A DNA stretch of 64,000 bases from Blastocladiella emersonii ATCC 22665 (Eukaryota; Fungi; Blastocladiomycota), in contig JANHCV010000001.1 in assembly GCA_025594325.1 (NCBI GenBank), positions 1,984,001 through 2,048,000 on the forward strand. Reading direction: 5' to 3'. Shown one piece after another: positions 1 through 11,737 of the stretch (position 1 is the first letter of the stretch; every line of letters begins with the position of its first letter). Position numbers and translations under genes: made by a program. The notes beneath the pieces are model-generated. The model was not told where the DNA came from, did no database searches, and saw nothing but the letters and a program-made list of their open reading frames with translations.

Positions 1-3000
1 TTGTTGATCTGGACGCACATCTAAGAGACGCGAGGCGTTAGCACTGGTCCTTGATGGACACGGCTCGGCGGCAACGGCGTACCCTTCTCTTGTCGTCCTC
101 GGAGATCTCGGGCTGGTCGAGCGTCGCGTCGATCTTGGCCCGGAGCTGCTCGGCGTACAGGTCGATGGACTGGCAGTAGACGGCGCCGAGCCGGCCCATG
201 AACTTGGCCACGTACACCTTGTCGGGCCACGCGAGCTTCTTGAGCCAGTCGAGCGTCTGGTGGAAGAAGGAGAAGACGTCGAGGATCGACGACGAGTGCA
301 GGACCGTCTCGGAGATGGGCGTGAACTAGACGCGGTTGTGCGGGTGAGTGATATTCGCGCAGCGACGCGGGCTGGTGGCAGACGCACATCGTCGAGCTTG
401 ATCGCGTTGTTGACAATGTCGGTCGACTTGATGCTCGTCATGTCGAGGAACAGGAACACGAACGGCGAGAACCACCGCGAGATCTCAATGTAGTCGGCCA
501 GCCTAGACACGCGTGCGCTAGAGTCAGCTCGGCAGCCTGGCCGTCACGGCGGCGAGAGAACGTACTGGTTGTAGGGCGACACCTTCTCGGTGACGACCTT
601 CATCATGTCGTACAGCGTGAACACGAGCGGGCTCGGCAGCGCACGGCGTTGCTTCCAGCACTTGCGGCCCATTTGCGAAATGTAGTCCATCTCGAGCGCG
701 AGGTACTTGAGGTACACTTCCAGCGAGATCTGGACGTTGTCGAGGTGGTATCTACGGCGCGGCGACGCGGGATCAGTGGTGGGATCACGCGGGGGTGTGC
801 GAACGCGTACCTCTTCCACGACTTGGAAAAGTACGACTTCTCGGTGGTGAGCTCCTCGAGCAGCAGCTTGACCATCTCGAGGATGCGGCCGTACATATTG
901 GACACGACGGGGTTGGCGAGCGCGTGGAGGAGCTGGAACCGCTGGACGGCGCCGACCTGGATCATCGTGTACAGCTCGGCCGACCACGGCTTGACGTCGG
1001 GGCGCGACGACCGGAACAGCGGGTTGTCGTAGATGACGCGCAGCATGTACAGGGTCTGGTCGAGCTCGTTCTCGGGCTGGTTGTACGGGTACGCTTGCCG
1101 GTACCCCGTCACGTTGTACCGGAAGATGCCCTCCATGGACGTGAGCACGCGCAGCCACCGCTCCTTTTCGCTGCGCGAGAAGATGAGCGCGTTGGCGGAC
1201 TCGGCCTCGGCCACCGACGAGAAGGCCAGGTACAGCGGGAACAGCGTGATTGTGTGCGCCGCGTACTTGGGCAGTAGCAGCTCGACCTGCGCCACAAACC
1301 GCGACGCGTCGCTCACGCCCCACCGCAGCGCGTAGATGTACAGCAGCGCGTCCGACAGCCGCGACAACGAGTACTCGCCGTTTTGCCCCATGCCGTACGC
1401 CGTGTCGATCTCCAGGCACTTGTCGAGCAGCATGAAGTACGCCATCTCGTGGTCGAGGTCCATGTCGAGCTCCGGTTGCCGCTCGGGGCTGACAACCTTA
1501 AAGACGTGGTGCGAGTTAGTCGGGCCACGAGATCGTGGCCGCCAAGGGAACGTACAATCTCGACGCCTTTGTCGAACTTGATCGTCTCCGGGTTGCCCGT
1601 GAACTTGATGGACCGCGTTCCGAGGAACTTGTCGCTCTTCTCCTTGCCGACGGCGTCCTTGTCGTTCCACATGGAGAAGGTCACGCTGTCGCCGAGACTA
1701 GACGCGCGCGATGAGGGAGAGGACGTGGGTAAGTGGTCAGGATCGCGGTTCTGCGACGAGGAACACGGTGCACACCTCCGTACCCGAGTCGCCATCCGTC
1801 CTCGGTCTTGAACGCGACGGTGCCGTTGATGGCCAGGAACAGCTCGGCGGTCGGGCGGTTGGCCGTGATGTGGACGAGGTTCTTGGGCTGCTTGGCGTGC
1901 GCCGTGACGAACATGCCGAGCAGCTCCTTGAGCTTGGCCTGCTCGGCCTCGAGCCAGGCGCGGAACTCGTGCTCGTTCGAGTACCGCGAGGCGTTGGTCA
2001 CGTCCGTCGACAGGTCCTGGAGCCGCTGCTTGAGGCTGGCGACCGACATGCCGAGCGCGTGGTTCGTGTGGCGGTCGACGGCCATGCGGTGCTCGTTGGC
2101 GTTCCACGACATGACCGTCTTGAGCCACTCGAGCAGGCCCGACGCGTCGAGCTTGGACTCCTGCGCCCACACCATGGTCTCGGACGCGGTGCGCTCCATG
2201 GTGCTCTGGCCGTCCGTCACCTCGCGCACCATCTTCTCAAAGTACTGCCAGCAGAACCGCTCCTTGGCCTCGATGTTCTTGGGCTTGTCGCGGTCCGAAA
2301 TGTGCTCCTTGACCGTCTTCATGAAGATGCGCACAATGTCGTAGATGCGCCGCCCCACGAGCCGCTTGCCCGACTTCTCGAGCACGTTGTCGTAGAAGGT
2401 CCCCAGACACTTGCCGAGCAGCTCCTCCTCGGGGTACATCTTGGTCCGCTTTTGCAGCTGCGCGAGCACCGCCTTGGCGCGCCGCTTGAAGTCGGCGATG
2501 ACGCCGCCCGTCACGCGCGTTTTGAGCACCTACACAGAGGATCGCGCGGGTGTGTGAGACGACCATGGCCACAGTCTCCATGGCCGCGCGCGCACGAGCG
2601 TACCTCCTCAGACAGGTCGAACGGGATGTCGGTCATGGTCGAGTCGTACTTCTCAAAGTCCTTGGACGGCACCTCGGCCGCTGCTGCTGCGGGTTGCTGC
2701 TGCTCGGCCGGCTGCTGTGCCTGCTGCTTCTGCGCGGCCTTGTCGTCGGCCTTGCCGGCCTTCTTCTTGTCGTCCTTTTTATCCTCCTTGTCCTTTTTCT
2801 TGCCGAAGCCGAAGAAGCCGCCCTTTTTCTTCTTCTTGGGGTCGTCCTCGGGCTCGTCGGGGACCGCGGCCACGGCGGCCACGGCCGCGACGGGCTCGGC
2901 GGCGGCGGCCGGCTTCTTGGGCGCGATGGTGGTCAGGTCGCTGATCGAGCCCTCGGGCTCCTCCTCGCCGGCACCGTCGAACGGGAACGGGAGGAGCGCC

Positions 3001-3479
3001 GTGTGGATGGCGCATTCGTAGAATAACCGCTACACGTCGACACAGCGGGGTGAGGTCCGTTGCCGCGGTGGACTCGCGTGGGTGAGGCGTACCTTGTCGA
3101 CCTGGTACACGCGCGTGAACTCGTCCTTGAAGTTGTAGTCGTCGGCCGACGACTCGTACAGGTTGATGTTGGACTCGAGAATGTACCGCGGCAGCTGCAG
3201 GCCCGACTCGGACTGCGTGTACTGCTGCTGCGAGCGCTCGAGCGTGCGGATCTGGTCGGCGATGCGCAGGAGCTTGTGTCGGCCATGGCGGAGCACGTAG
3301 TTGCGGACACTAAGCCGAGCGATACGCCGTCAGCGATCAGGACATGGGCGTGTCGAAGAAGCTCTATCGTACATCTCCCAGAGCTCCTCGGGCGTCTTGC
3401 GGTGACCAAACACCTTGCGCTTGACCTTGAGCCCGCCGCCGAAGACCAGCGAGTCGGTGCTGCGATACTGCGACGGCAT
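1..3479 (-). CDS. Munc13/UNC-13-like C2 + MUN-domain protein (fungal Git1/YOR296W type); multi-exon, 3' end lies outside the window
   Basis: Spliced minus-strand frames join MPSQYRSTDSLVFGGGLKVKRKVFGHRKTPEELWE|IVRNYVLRHGRHK (intron 3310-3372), a Lys-rich exon and a C2-like segment (FLAINGTVAFKTE...VTFSMWNDKD...DKFLG). Helical exons near the left edge read FTPISETVLHSSSILDVFSFFHQTLDWLKKLAWPD and MCVQINN, resembling the MHD1/MUN region. Confidence 0.65.
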
Positions 3480-3923
3480 GGTGGCGGTGGCCCGCGCTCA
3501 GCGTCGTGGGTTGGTGCGGATGGCGAGCGGTAGAGAGTGGAGCCGCTTCGTTTGGTTGAGGACCGTGGATTGCGCCCAGCGCGTTGCAGTTACATGGAAT
3601 GGTGCGGGTAGCAGCAGATCGGTCGCGGGAGGACCGGTCGCTTTGCGGCCTGGATGCGCTGGTACCCGGGTCGGGGCTGCCCCATCCCGCCGCCGACCCA
3701 AGCAGCGAGGCGGACGACCGAGGGCGGCGGGAGACGTGACCGCGGACTTCGGCGCGACGCGTCTCGCGCGGACACGTGATGTGAGGCACGACGCGTCTCC
3801 GCGCGAGCGCTCGCCTGCTCTTGCCGCTCACCCACTTGCGAAATCGGATCTGCACTGTCGATCATAGCTTGCTGCAAGCGCATGTAACCTGGTCATAGTG
3901 TCGACTCGAATTACCTCGGCAAG

Positions 3924-5573
3924 ATGGAGGTCAGTCATGCCTCGTGAATCTCTCCCTCTCCACCTGTATCTCACGCAATCCCGCGTGGCTGTAGCGTGGA
4001 GACAGCTACGTCTACTCACACGTCCCGCTGCCGACCACGGGCAAGCGCGGCAGCGGTGGCGGCGGGAGCAGCAGTGGCAGGGCCGCGCTCGGCCGGTCGG
4101 ACCACCTGATCGCCGCCCGCCAGCGCGCCGAGAACACGCGCGAGCTCAACCAGGCGCAGAAGAACTACTATGAGCGCACCACCATGCACGCGCGGTTCGA
4201 GGAGGAGGCCGAGGCGTCGATCCGCCGCCGCGCCGTCCCGCGCCGCGTCGCCGCGTGGCGCCAGGCCGACGCCGCCATGGTCGAGGCCCGCCGCGACCGC
4301 CTCCGCGAGCTCTACGACGCCGACTCGGCGCGCTGGCGCACCGAGCTCCTCGCTCTCGAGTCAACGCCGCAGTCGCGCGTCGAGGGGATGCGCGCGCGGG
4401 TCGCCGAGCTCAAGGCTAAGCGCGAAGAGGAGCGGCTGCGGGTCGTTGCCGACAAACTCGAGGAGCACCGACGGTTCGCATTCGCATCCCACCGACTTGT
4501 CGAGACGATGAACTAACCGTTTCGACGCGTGTAGCATCAACTGCGACGAACTGCGCGCCGTGCGCACCCGCGAGATGGTGTACGCCGTGACCGCGTCGCG
4601 CGCCGAGCAGGTCCAGGAGAAGGCGGAGCGGCAAGCCCGCGAGCGCGCCGAGAGCGCGGCGCTTGACGCCGCGTGGGAGGAGCAGCGGCTCAAGGACGCG
4701 GCCAAGGACGAGGCAGCCCGCCTGCGCCGCCGCGCTGCCGACCGCGCACAGGTGCGTGCTTTCGAGGCGCAGATCGCTGCGCTCGCCGAGGCCAAGAAGC
4801 GCGAGCAGAAGCTCGAGCAGGACTACGCCGAGTTTCTCAAGCAGGCGCTCGCCGTGCAGCAGGTCAAGGAGGAGCACCACCGGGCGAGGCAGCAGGCCGA
4901 GGCGCGTGCGGCGCGCCAGGAGCTCGAGCAGGCGAACCGCGAGCGCGCCGCGCAGCGCGCGCGCGAGGTGCAGCAGGCGCTCGAGCAGGATCTCAAGTGG
5001 ATCCAGTCGCTGCTCGACCTCGACGACGCCGAGAAGGAGGCCGAGTCGGAGCGCAAGACGGCGCTGCGCCGCGAGCTGCTCGAGTTCCGCGACACGGTCC
5101 TGGCGCAGCGCGCCGCCGAGGCCGCGCGCGTCCGCGAGCTCGACCGCGTGTTCGCCGCCGACGCCGAGCGCACGTGGCGCGCGCGCGCCGCCAAGTGGGC
5201 CGCCGAGCAGAAGGCCCGCGAGAAGCTCATGGCCGAGGTCATCCGGTCGCGCGAAGAACAGCTCGCCATGCGCGCCGAGCAGGCCCGCCGCGAGCTCCAG
5301 GACCAGCGCGCCGAGCGCGAGGCCCTCGAGTGGGCTGTCGCCCAGGTCAAGCGCGGCGAGGACGAGATGCGCGCACGCGCCCACCGCGAGCAGCAGGAGT
5401 ACCACGAGGTGCTCAAGGCCCAGATCGTCGAGAAGCACGAGCGGCGCCTCGACGACATGGACCGCGAGCACCAGGACAGCGAGCGCCGCCGTGCCGCCGA
5501 GGCCGAGTACCAGGCGTGGCTCCAACGCGAGCTCGCGCGGCCCGCGTCCGTAAGGGCAGGCACCCGGCCGTGA
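3924..5573 (+). CDS. CFAP53: Cilia- and flagella-associated protein 53 (CCDC11; trichohyalin-plectin-homology coiled coil)
   Basis: ATG 3924, intron 3930-3994 (GTCAGT..TAG), then ...DHLIAARQRAEN...ESTPQSRVEGMRARVAELKAKREEERLRVVADKLEEH|..INCDELRAVRTREM (second intron near 4473-4534) and a long E/R/Q/A coiled coil. The pattern matches CFAP53. Confidence 0.75.
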
Positions 5574-5618
5574 ATCGGTGATCTGATGATGGTCGTGTAT
5601 GGTCGCGTTCTGTACATT

Positions 5619-5650
5619 TGTCTCCATGTCTCCATGTCTCCATGTCTCCA
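5619..5650. repeat. Tandem repeat (TGTCTCCA)x4
   Basis: Four perfect 8-bp units read directly, just downstream of the CFAP53 stop. Confidence 0.95.
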
Positions 5651-6063
5651 ACTTTGCATGTGAGGGACGGCGTGACGCGTCGCGACGCGTCGCTGTGTTT
5701 GAAGATCTCTCGAGAGTCATGCCAGTTCGTCGTCCTGTACGTTCATCTAGAGCTCAAGTATCACCATGGCATCTCTTCGAGTACCGCTTGCAACGGGCTC
5801 ACCAAAACCGAAACGCAAGGCCGTCGGCACGACGCGTACGCGCTGCTCAAGAAGCCGCGACCCCGCGTTGCCTCATCTTGGCCTCTTGTTTAGAGCCGCT
5901 CGAGGGCGCTCGGACCGCGACGCTCGGCTCGGGCGGCGTCGGTGCAAAACGCGGGCTGCCGACCACCGGGTCGGGCAAGTCGAGTGCCGCCGCATCGACG
6001 CAAGGCCTCGCCGTCCGCCCCGCCTCCCCGAGTGCGGCGCGCTCGGGTTCACCGAGTCACCGC

Positions 6064-7228
6064 ATGGCTGACACGTCGGGCTTCGCGCTTGGATCTACGC
6101 TGCTGAGCGAGGGGGGCATCTCGGGCTCGTTCCTGGGGCTCAGCATGGGCTCGCTCGGGTCGCGCATGGACCTCGGGTACCTGTTCCCCGGCCGCCAGGC
6201 GTCGTCGAACCGCGCGCCGCCCGAGATGGAGCAGCTCAAGACCATGCACCGCCAGCTCAACGAGGAGATTGAGAAGCTGGACACCGAGCAGAGCGGTGCG
6301 ATCCGCGGCTGGGAGGGGCACGGCCGTCAGCGCTGAAGCTCCTCGCTCCTCGTGTAGAGCACATCCGCAAGGTCTTCTACTGGTGGCGGCGCGACCACAT
6401 GGCGACCGAGGGCAAGATCCGTGACGCCGTGGCCAAGGCGCTGCACGACGCGCAGTTCCACGACAAGTGCAAGGCGACCGAGAGCAAGCTGCGCAACGAC
6501 CTCGCGCTGCTCGTGCACGAGATGAGCGACCTCACGTCCAGCAACGGGCACTTGCAGGAGCAAATTCGGCTGCTTCGCCGCGAGCGCGACATCGAGGAGT
6601 CGCTCAACCGCACCGCCGTCGAGGAGATGGCCCGCCGCAAGCGACAGCACGACAAGATGATGGCCGAGTCGAAAGCGTACGTCGTCTTCGCAGCGGTTTT
6701 CTGATATGGTGGCTGACCCAATCTTCGCGTAGCGCGTCGAGCGAGCCCAACGGCCCCGACGTGTCCGAGCTCATGGGCGGCGACCTCGAGTCCGTGGTCC
6801 GGACCTGGATCTCGCACAACCGCGGCGCACAGCCCGAGGACGTGGACGACGAGGCCGTGGCCGAGGCCCTGATGGACGCGCTGGCCGCCATCGAGGCTCG
6901 GACGGCCGCGAAACCAGCGTGGACTCCACCTGAACCGGCGTCAAGTCGGCCATCAAGCGGCGGTCGCCGAACATCAGCTGGCGGCTTACCACCGCCGTCG
7001 CTGCTCGTCCGCGGACCCGACGACCGACCTCCGATATTCGCGCCCGAGGCGAGGCCGCCACCGTCGCTTCCGCCACGCGCCGGGTTCGCTGCGGTCCCCG
7101 CCAAGGAGTCGGACCGCCTCGTGCCCATGTTCCCGGGCCCGCAAAGGAGCGCGGGGCCTGCGCGGAGCATGGCGACTTCGGGCCCTGCAGCGCCAGGGTT
7201 TGATCTGTTCATATCCGGTAAACACTGA
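6064..7228 (+). CDS. Hypothetical coiled-coil protein, about 3 exons
   Basis: MADTSGFALGS...EEIEKLDTEQS, then an intron, HIRKVFYWWRRDHMATEGKIRDAV...HDKMMAESKA, then an intron (GTACGT donor near 6677), then SEPNGPDVSELMGG...FDLFISGKH*. Coding-like codon bias; no family recognised. Confidence 0.65.
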
Positions 7229-7360
7229 TTGTGACGACGAGAGCATGGGTTGGGAGTGAGGCAGGCGTGGCCGTGGTCATCGCTCGAGGTCGATGGCTGC
7301 TCGCGCTCCCTGAACGCGACCCCTCCCATGAATGTAACTACGACAACTACATGTAACTCA

Positions 7361-7999
7361 ATGCAACCGCAAGGACTTGAGCTTGAACTGCAGGACGCCT
7401 TCTTTGGCAAGGACTCGCCCGTAGCGGGACTCGTGGAGGGGGCCGCGTTGTTCCTCGCGCCGATCCGGCCAGAGACCTCGCCCTTCTGCGCGTTCGGTCC
7501 GCTCTTTGACAATGATACGGAGAACGAAAGGCCTATGAGCGCGGCCGACGTATTCCCGATCCTCGCGTACCTGCGGGCGGGAGGAGGGGTGGTGGGGACG
7601 CCCGATGAGCGCGCACAGCTCTCGCTAGATCGTACACGTTGCTCCCTTTGACGGCTCAGGCGACGTCGCGTTGACAAGCTTTGCTCGCTCGATGCAGGAT
7701 TCTCGCTTTGCGTCGGAGGCGACGAGCGGCCCGTGTTCCACGTCGTTCAGTCCGACTGGAACTGGTACGCCGTCCTTCCGACGTGTTCTTGCGCGGATTC
7801 TCACTGTTCTACGCGCTGCAGGTTGCTCGGCGTCACGCGGTGCCGCGCCCACTACGCGCTGGTCGCAGAAACCGGGATCGGCGCCCTCGTCGTCGTGTGG
7901 CGACCCAAGGCGGGCGAGTCGCGTCTCGCTGCCGCGGGACCGAGCCGCGTCCTGGCCACGGCGCTCAAGGTCGTGCAGCGGTTGTGCGCTCCGTTATGA
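7361..7999 (+). CDS. Divergent profilin-like protein (about 170 aa); start uncertain
   Basis: Two same-frame ORFs (7250-7651 and 7733-7999) are joined by canonical introns 7632-7697 (66 nt, removes the stop) and 7765-7821 (57 nt). The spliced product has profilin-like spacing of segments. Confidence 0.5.
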
Positions 8000-8077
8000 A
8001 AACCAGTTCGTGTACAGACAATTGATTCAGGGGGCAATACAGACAAACTCAACAAAGAAACACGCCCAACGTACTTC

Positions 8078-10087
8078 TTACTCCTCGATCGCCATCGCCG
8101 AGTCGCGCTGAGGCGCGTCGGAGGCCGCGCCCTTGAGCATCGCCGAGGCCGCCGTCGGTGTCCGCGGGGACATGAGGCCTGAGTCGTTGCTGACCATGCT
8201 GACGCCGCGCATCGCCGGGTTAGACGCCTCGCCGACCGACGCACTCGGGAGCGCCGCCGTCAGCGCCGCGAGCTTGCGCTCAAACTCGTCGAGCATCGCG
8301 AGCTTGTCGGCGGGCAGCTCCGCGTCCTGGTTCGCCAGCGTCACGGGCCGGCGCGGCGACCGCGACCGGGACCGCGCCGAGCGCAGGTCGAGCGGCGGCA
8401 CCACGCGGTCCGGGCGCGACGAGACGCGGCCTTGGCCCGCAGGGGGCGGAGGCGGGAGCGAGCCCGGCGGATGCAGACTGGCGGCTGCGTGCGGAGGCGG
8501 CGGGGGAAGCGAGCTCGGCGCGGCGTGCATCGGCGGCGGTGGTGGGAGCGACGGCAGCGCGGCCATGGGCGCGGGAACGAGCGGCGGCGGCGGGATCGCG
8601 AGCTTCATGGCCTCGGCCCGCGACAGCTGCACGGTGCGCCGGCGCGACCCGTTCGCGCTCGCCGTGCTCAGCGAGCTCTCGGTCGGCGACAGCGGCGACG
8701 CGGTCCAGTGCCCGGCGGGCGCCGACACGGTCGAGTGGCGGTCGAGGTCCAGGTGCGCGGCGCTCGCCGGGTGCGACGGGAGCGACGCGTGGCGCGTGCC
8801 CGCGGCGATCGCGCCTGGGTGCGCGCCGCGCGGAGGTGGCACGGCGACGAGCGGCGAGGCCAGCGGCGTCGACGACGTGGTCGTGTAGCCCGAGTCGCGC
8901 CCGCTGAGGGTTGGCTTGCCGAGGAAGGGCGAGGTGGAGCCCGCAGACGCGGCGGCGGCGGCAGCAGCCGCAGCGCTCGGCGTTGAAAGACTCTTGAGCG
9001 AGTTGGTGACGGAGCTGGTGCGCGGGCGAGGTGGGCTCGGCGGGGCCGAGTCGCCGCCCATCGGACCGGCGCCGTAGTAGTCGAGCGGGTCATCCTCGTC
9101 GTCCTCGGTCTCATCGCCGCCCTCGGCGGCACCGTGGATCGCCTCCGTGACGACAGCCGGTGGCGCGGCGAGCGCCTCGGCCTGCTGCTGGCGCTGGCGG
9201 AGCGAGGCCATGTCGGGCGTGGCGGGCATGAGCGAGTGGTTGTCGTGCAGCTCGAGGTCGGGGAGCGTCGGGGCCACGAAGCTAGCGGGTGGCGCGAGGT
9301 CGGGCTCGGCGGCCTTGGCCATGGCGGGCCGCGGCTCGTCCTCGTCGTCGGACGACATGAGCAGCGCATCCTCCTCGCGGCGGCGGCGCTCGGCGTACGT
9401 CGGCTCGGCGAGCCCGCGGGCGGCACGCGCCTCGCTCCGCGCGCCGGCAATGATCTTCTTGAGGTCCTGCACCCACATGTCGAGCGTCCACGCGTCCTCG
9501 AAGGTGCACCACAGGTGGTCCTCGCGCTCGCCGCCCGAGCTCGAGCCGACGTGCAGCTGCAGCTTGGCGGGGTCGGGCTGCGACACGAAGGCGCGCTCGT
9601 TGAGAAACATCTCGCCGACGAGCTCCTTGCGGTCGCGGTGCTTGTAGTAGCAGATGCGGCCCGACGTGAACAGCACCACGTACCGGCGCTTGCTCGTGGC
9701 GCCGCCCGTGAACCGCGACAGGAGGCGGCCCGTGTTCGCGGCGGCCGCCGAGTCCGTGGCCGTCAGAAGGTAGTGCTGCAGGACAATCGGGTCCGGGTCC
9801 GACGACACGGTGCCCGTCAGCGAGCGCGCCGACGACGACGCGCCGTGGCCGCCGTGGGCGTGGGCGTGGCCGTGGCCGGAACGGTGCCGCGAGCCCGACC
9901 CGTCCGAGCGCACCGATTGCGTATCGGAGTGCGACGAGCTCAGGCGGCCATGGTGCTGGGGCAGGTCAGCGGCGTGCATAGTGGGTGGCGCGGGCGATGC
10001 ACCACGGCCGCGGCTCCGCGAGCGGGCGGCCCGGGGCGCTGGAGGCGCGGCAGTAGGGAAGTTGGTGGCGCCGAGCGGGAAGGCCAT
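8078..10087 (-). CDS. PH-domain protein with a Pro/Ser-rich C-terminal region
   Basis: 669-aa ORF containing SKRRYVVLFTSGRICYYKHRDRKELVGEMFLNERAFV...TFEDAWTLDMWVQDLKKII (PH fold), followed by PPPP-rich tracts. Confidence 0.8.
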   Translation of the reverse strand: MAFPLGATNFPTAAPPAPRAARSRSRGRGASPAPPTMHAADLPQHHGRLSSSHSDTQSVRSDGSGSRHRSGHGHAHAHGGHGASSSARSLTGTVSSDPDPIVLQHYLLTATDSAAAANTGRLLSRFTGGATSKRRYVVLFTSGRICYYKHRDRKELVGEMFLNERAFVSQPDPAKLQLHVGSSSGGEREDHLWCTFEDAWTLDMWVQDLKKIIAGARSEARAARGLAEPTYAERRRREEDALLMSSDDEDEPRPAMAKAAEPDLAPPASFVAPTLPDLELHDNHSLMPATPDMASLRQRQQQAEALAAPPAVVTEAIHGAAEGGDETEDDEDDPLDYYGAGPMGGDSAPPSPPRPRTSSVTNSLKSLSTPSAAAAAAAAASAGSTSPFLGKPTLSGRDSGYTTTSSTPLASPLVAVPPPRGAHPGAIAAGTRHASLPSHPASAAHLDLDRHSTVSAPAGHWTASPLSPTESSLSTASANGSRRRTVQLSRAEAMKLAIPPPPLVPAPMAALPSLPPPPPMHAAPSSLPPPPPHAAASLHPPGSLPPPPPAGQGRVSSRPDRVVPPLDLRSARSRSRSPRRPVTLANQDAELPADKLAMLDEFERKLAALTAALPSASVGEASNPAMRGVSMVSNDSGLMSPRTPTAASAMLKGAASDAPQRDSAMAIEE

Positions 10088-11737
10088 GGCGATGATGGGG
10101 ATGAATGTGCGTGGGTTGCGAGGGAGCGGGGGCGGGATGCGAGGTGTGAAGAGCGGGCGGGCGAGGAGGACCCGGAGCGAAGAAGGTTCGTCTACGACAA
10201 CTCTCTGTGGACGTGCAAGCGAGGGGTCCAGTTAGCGCAATGCGGGCGCGACGGTCAAGAGTGGGCGGGCCGTGAATCGGTAGAACAGGGGAACAACGGG
10301 TGGAGCGCAATCAATCGGGCTACGCCCACGGCCAAGTCGGTGGCTCGGGCGCTCAGCAGACGCGATTGTTCGCCGTGAACGACGAGCATGCGCCAAGCGA
10401 CGGCCGGCGTAGTGGCGCCGCAAGACGGTGGGAGTCAGCGCTGCGCCACCGGGCCAATGTCAGCCCGCACGGCACGCACAGCGACTTGATGGCCGAGCCA
10501 ATCGCACTGCCGTTGTCCTCGACGAGCCTGGCACCACTGAAGGTTCCGGTGGCGGTGGCGGAGGCATCCATGGCCTCGGCGCGGCGTCGGTGGCGGCGGC
10601 AGCGGAGGGAGGGCGAAGGGCGAGGAGGACGATGAAGAGGGCGAACGCACGTACATAGGATATAGTCTATGACGCTCTATCAACGCAAACAAACACTCGG
10701 CGGGCACCGTCGGAGGCGACGCAGGCACAAAGGGCGGGTGGGTGGGGTGGGTGATGTTGAGGCGGATGGCCGCTTCGAAGTTGTTGAAGGTCGAGGCGAG
10801 ACAGCCGTCGAGACGAGTCAGCGTGTGCACTGGTGCAAGGTCAAAGGTTGCGGGCTCGAGTATCGCGAGAGCGAGGACCGAGCGAAGTCGGCCGCAGGGT
10901 CGTGTTGCCGACGGCGGGGGAAGCGGGGGCGGCAGCGGGCCGAGGCGGGCAACGCCCGTGGTGGCGCGCGCTTGTACCCTAAATTAAAAGTTGCCTCAAC
11001 GAGACGTAGCTCTTCCGCCAGGTTCTTCCTAGGATCCCCTGCGCCGCCTCAGACGACGCGAGCTCACTACGTCGCCGTCCTCAACTTCGATCAACGTGTC
11101 GGCCACCGGGCGCGACGCTCGTGTCGACAACGTCGCGATCTCCGCTGACGCTTCGCCGCTGTGCGCGATGGCGGTCCCTGGAGGCGTCTCGGGCGCGGGG
11201 GCGCTCATGCGTCGCCACACAACGCCAGCGCCGGTGGCGATTGGCCAAGAGTGAAACGAATCCGTTCGCCCATGATTAGAGCTCGCTGATGACACGCCGG
11301 CCCGGCCGAACCACGGGTAGCGTGGAGCTCTCGCGTCTCCCTCGAGTCGGCGACCACACGCAGCAAATACCCGTTGCAACATGTGCCAAGTTGCGCCTTG
11401 CAGCGCGTGCGGCAGTGTGCGAGGGGGCGGAGCCGGAGCGAGATCAGGCCAGCGATCAACCGCAGATCGGTCCGCCGCATGGACACCGGTCACGCGAGCT
11501 CGCGTGACTGAGCCGCACTTTCGAGGCGCGAGCCGCCACCCTCGCCCAGCGCGGCGCGCTCCATCACGGTTGCCGGCTGCGATTCGCAGGCTTGGGACTT
11601 TGGGTTGACGAACGAACACGGGCATTTGACACCGCGCAACGTATCGACACCTCTCGTCCGCGACCGCCCCTGTGCATCGCCCACCTCGACCGTGTCCCGA
11701 ACCGCTACCGCCGCCACGCCCACCACCGCCGATCACC

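Noticed and set aside
3589-3600. GTTACATGGAAT as an RFX X-box upstream of CFAP53
   Set aside because: The spacing does not fit the 14-bp GTYNYY-AT-RRNAAC consensus, and I saw no matching site before SSNA1 or CFAP161. Kept only as part of the CATGTAAC observation.
7245-7259. ATG GGT TGG GA|GTGAGG as a profilin-like MGW first exon
   Set aside because: No downstream AG acceptor (7373, 7381, 7393) restores the correct frame.
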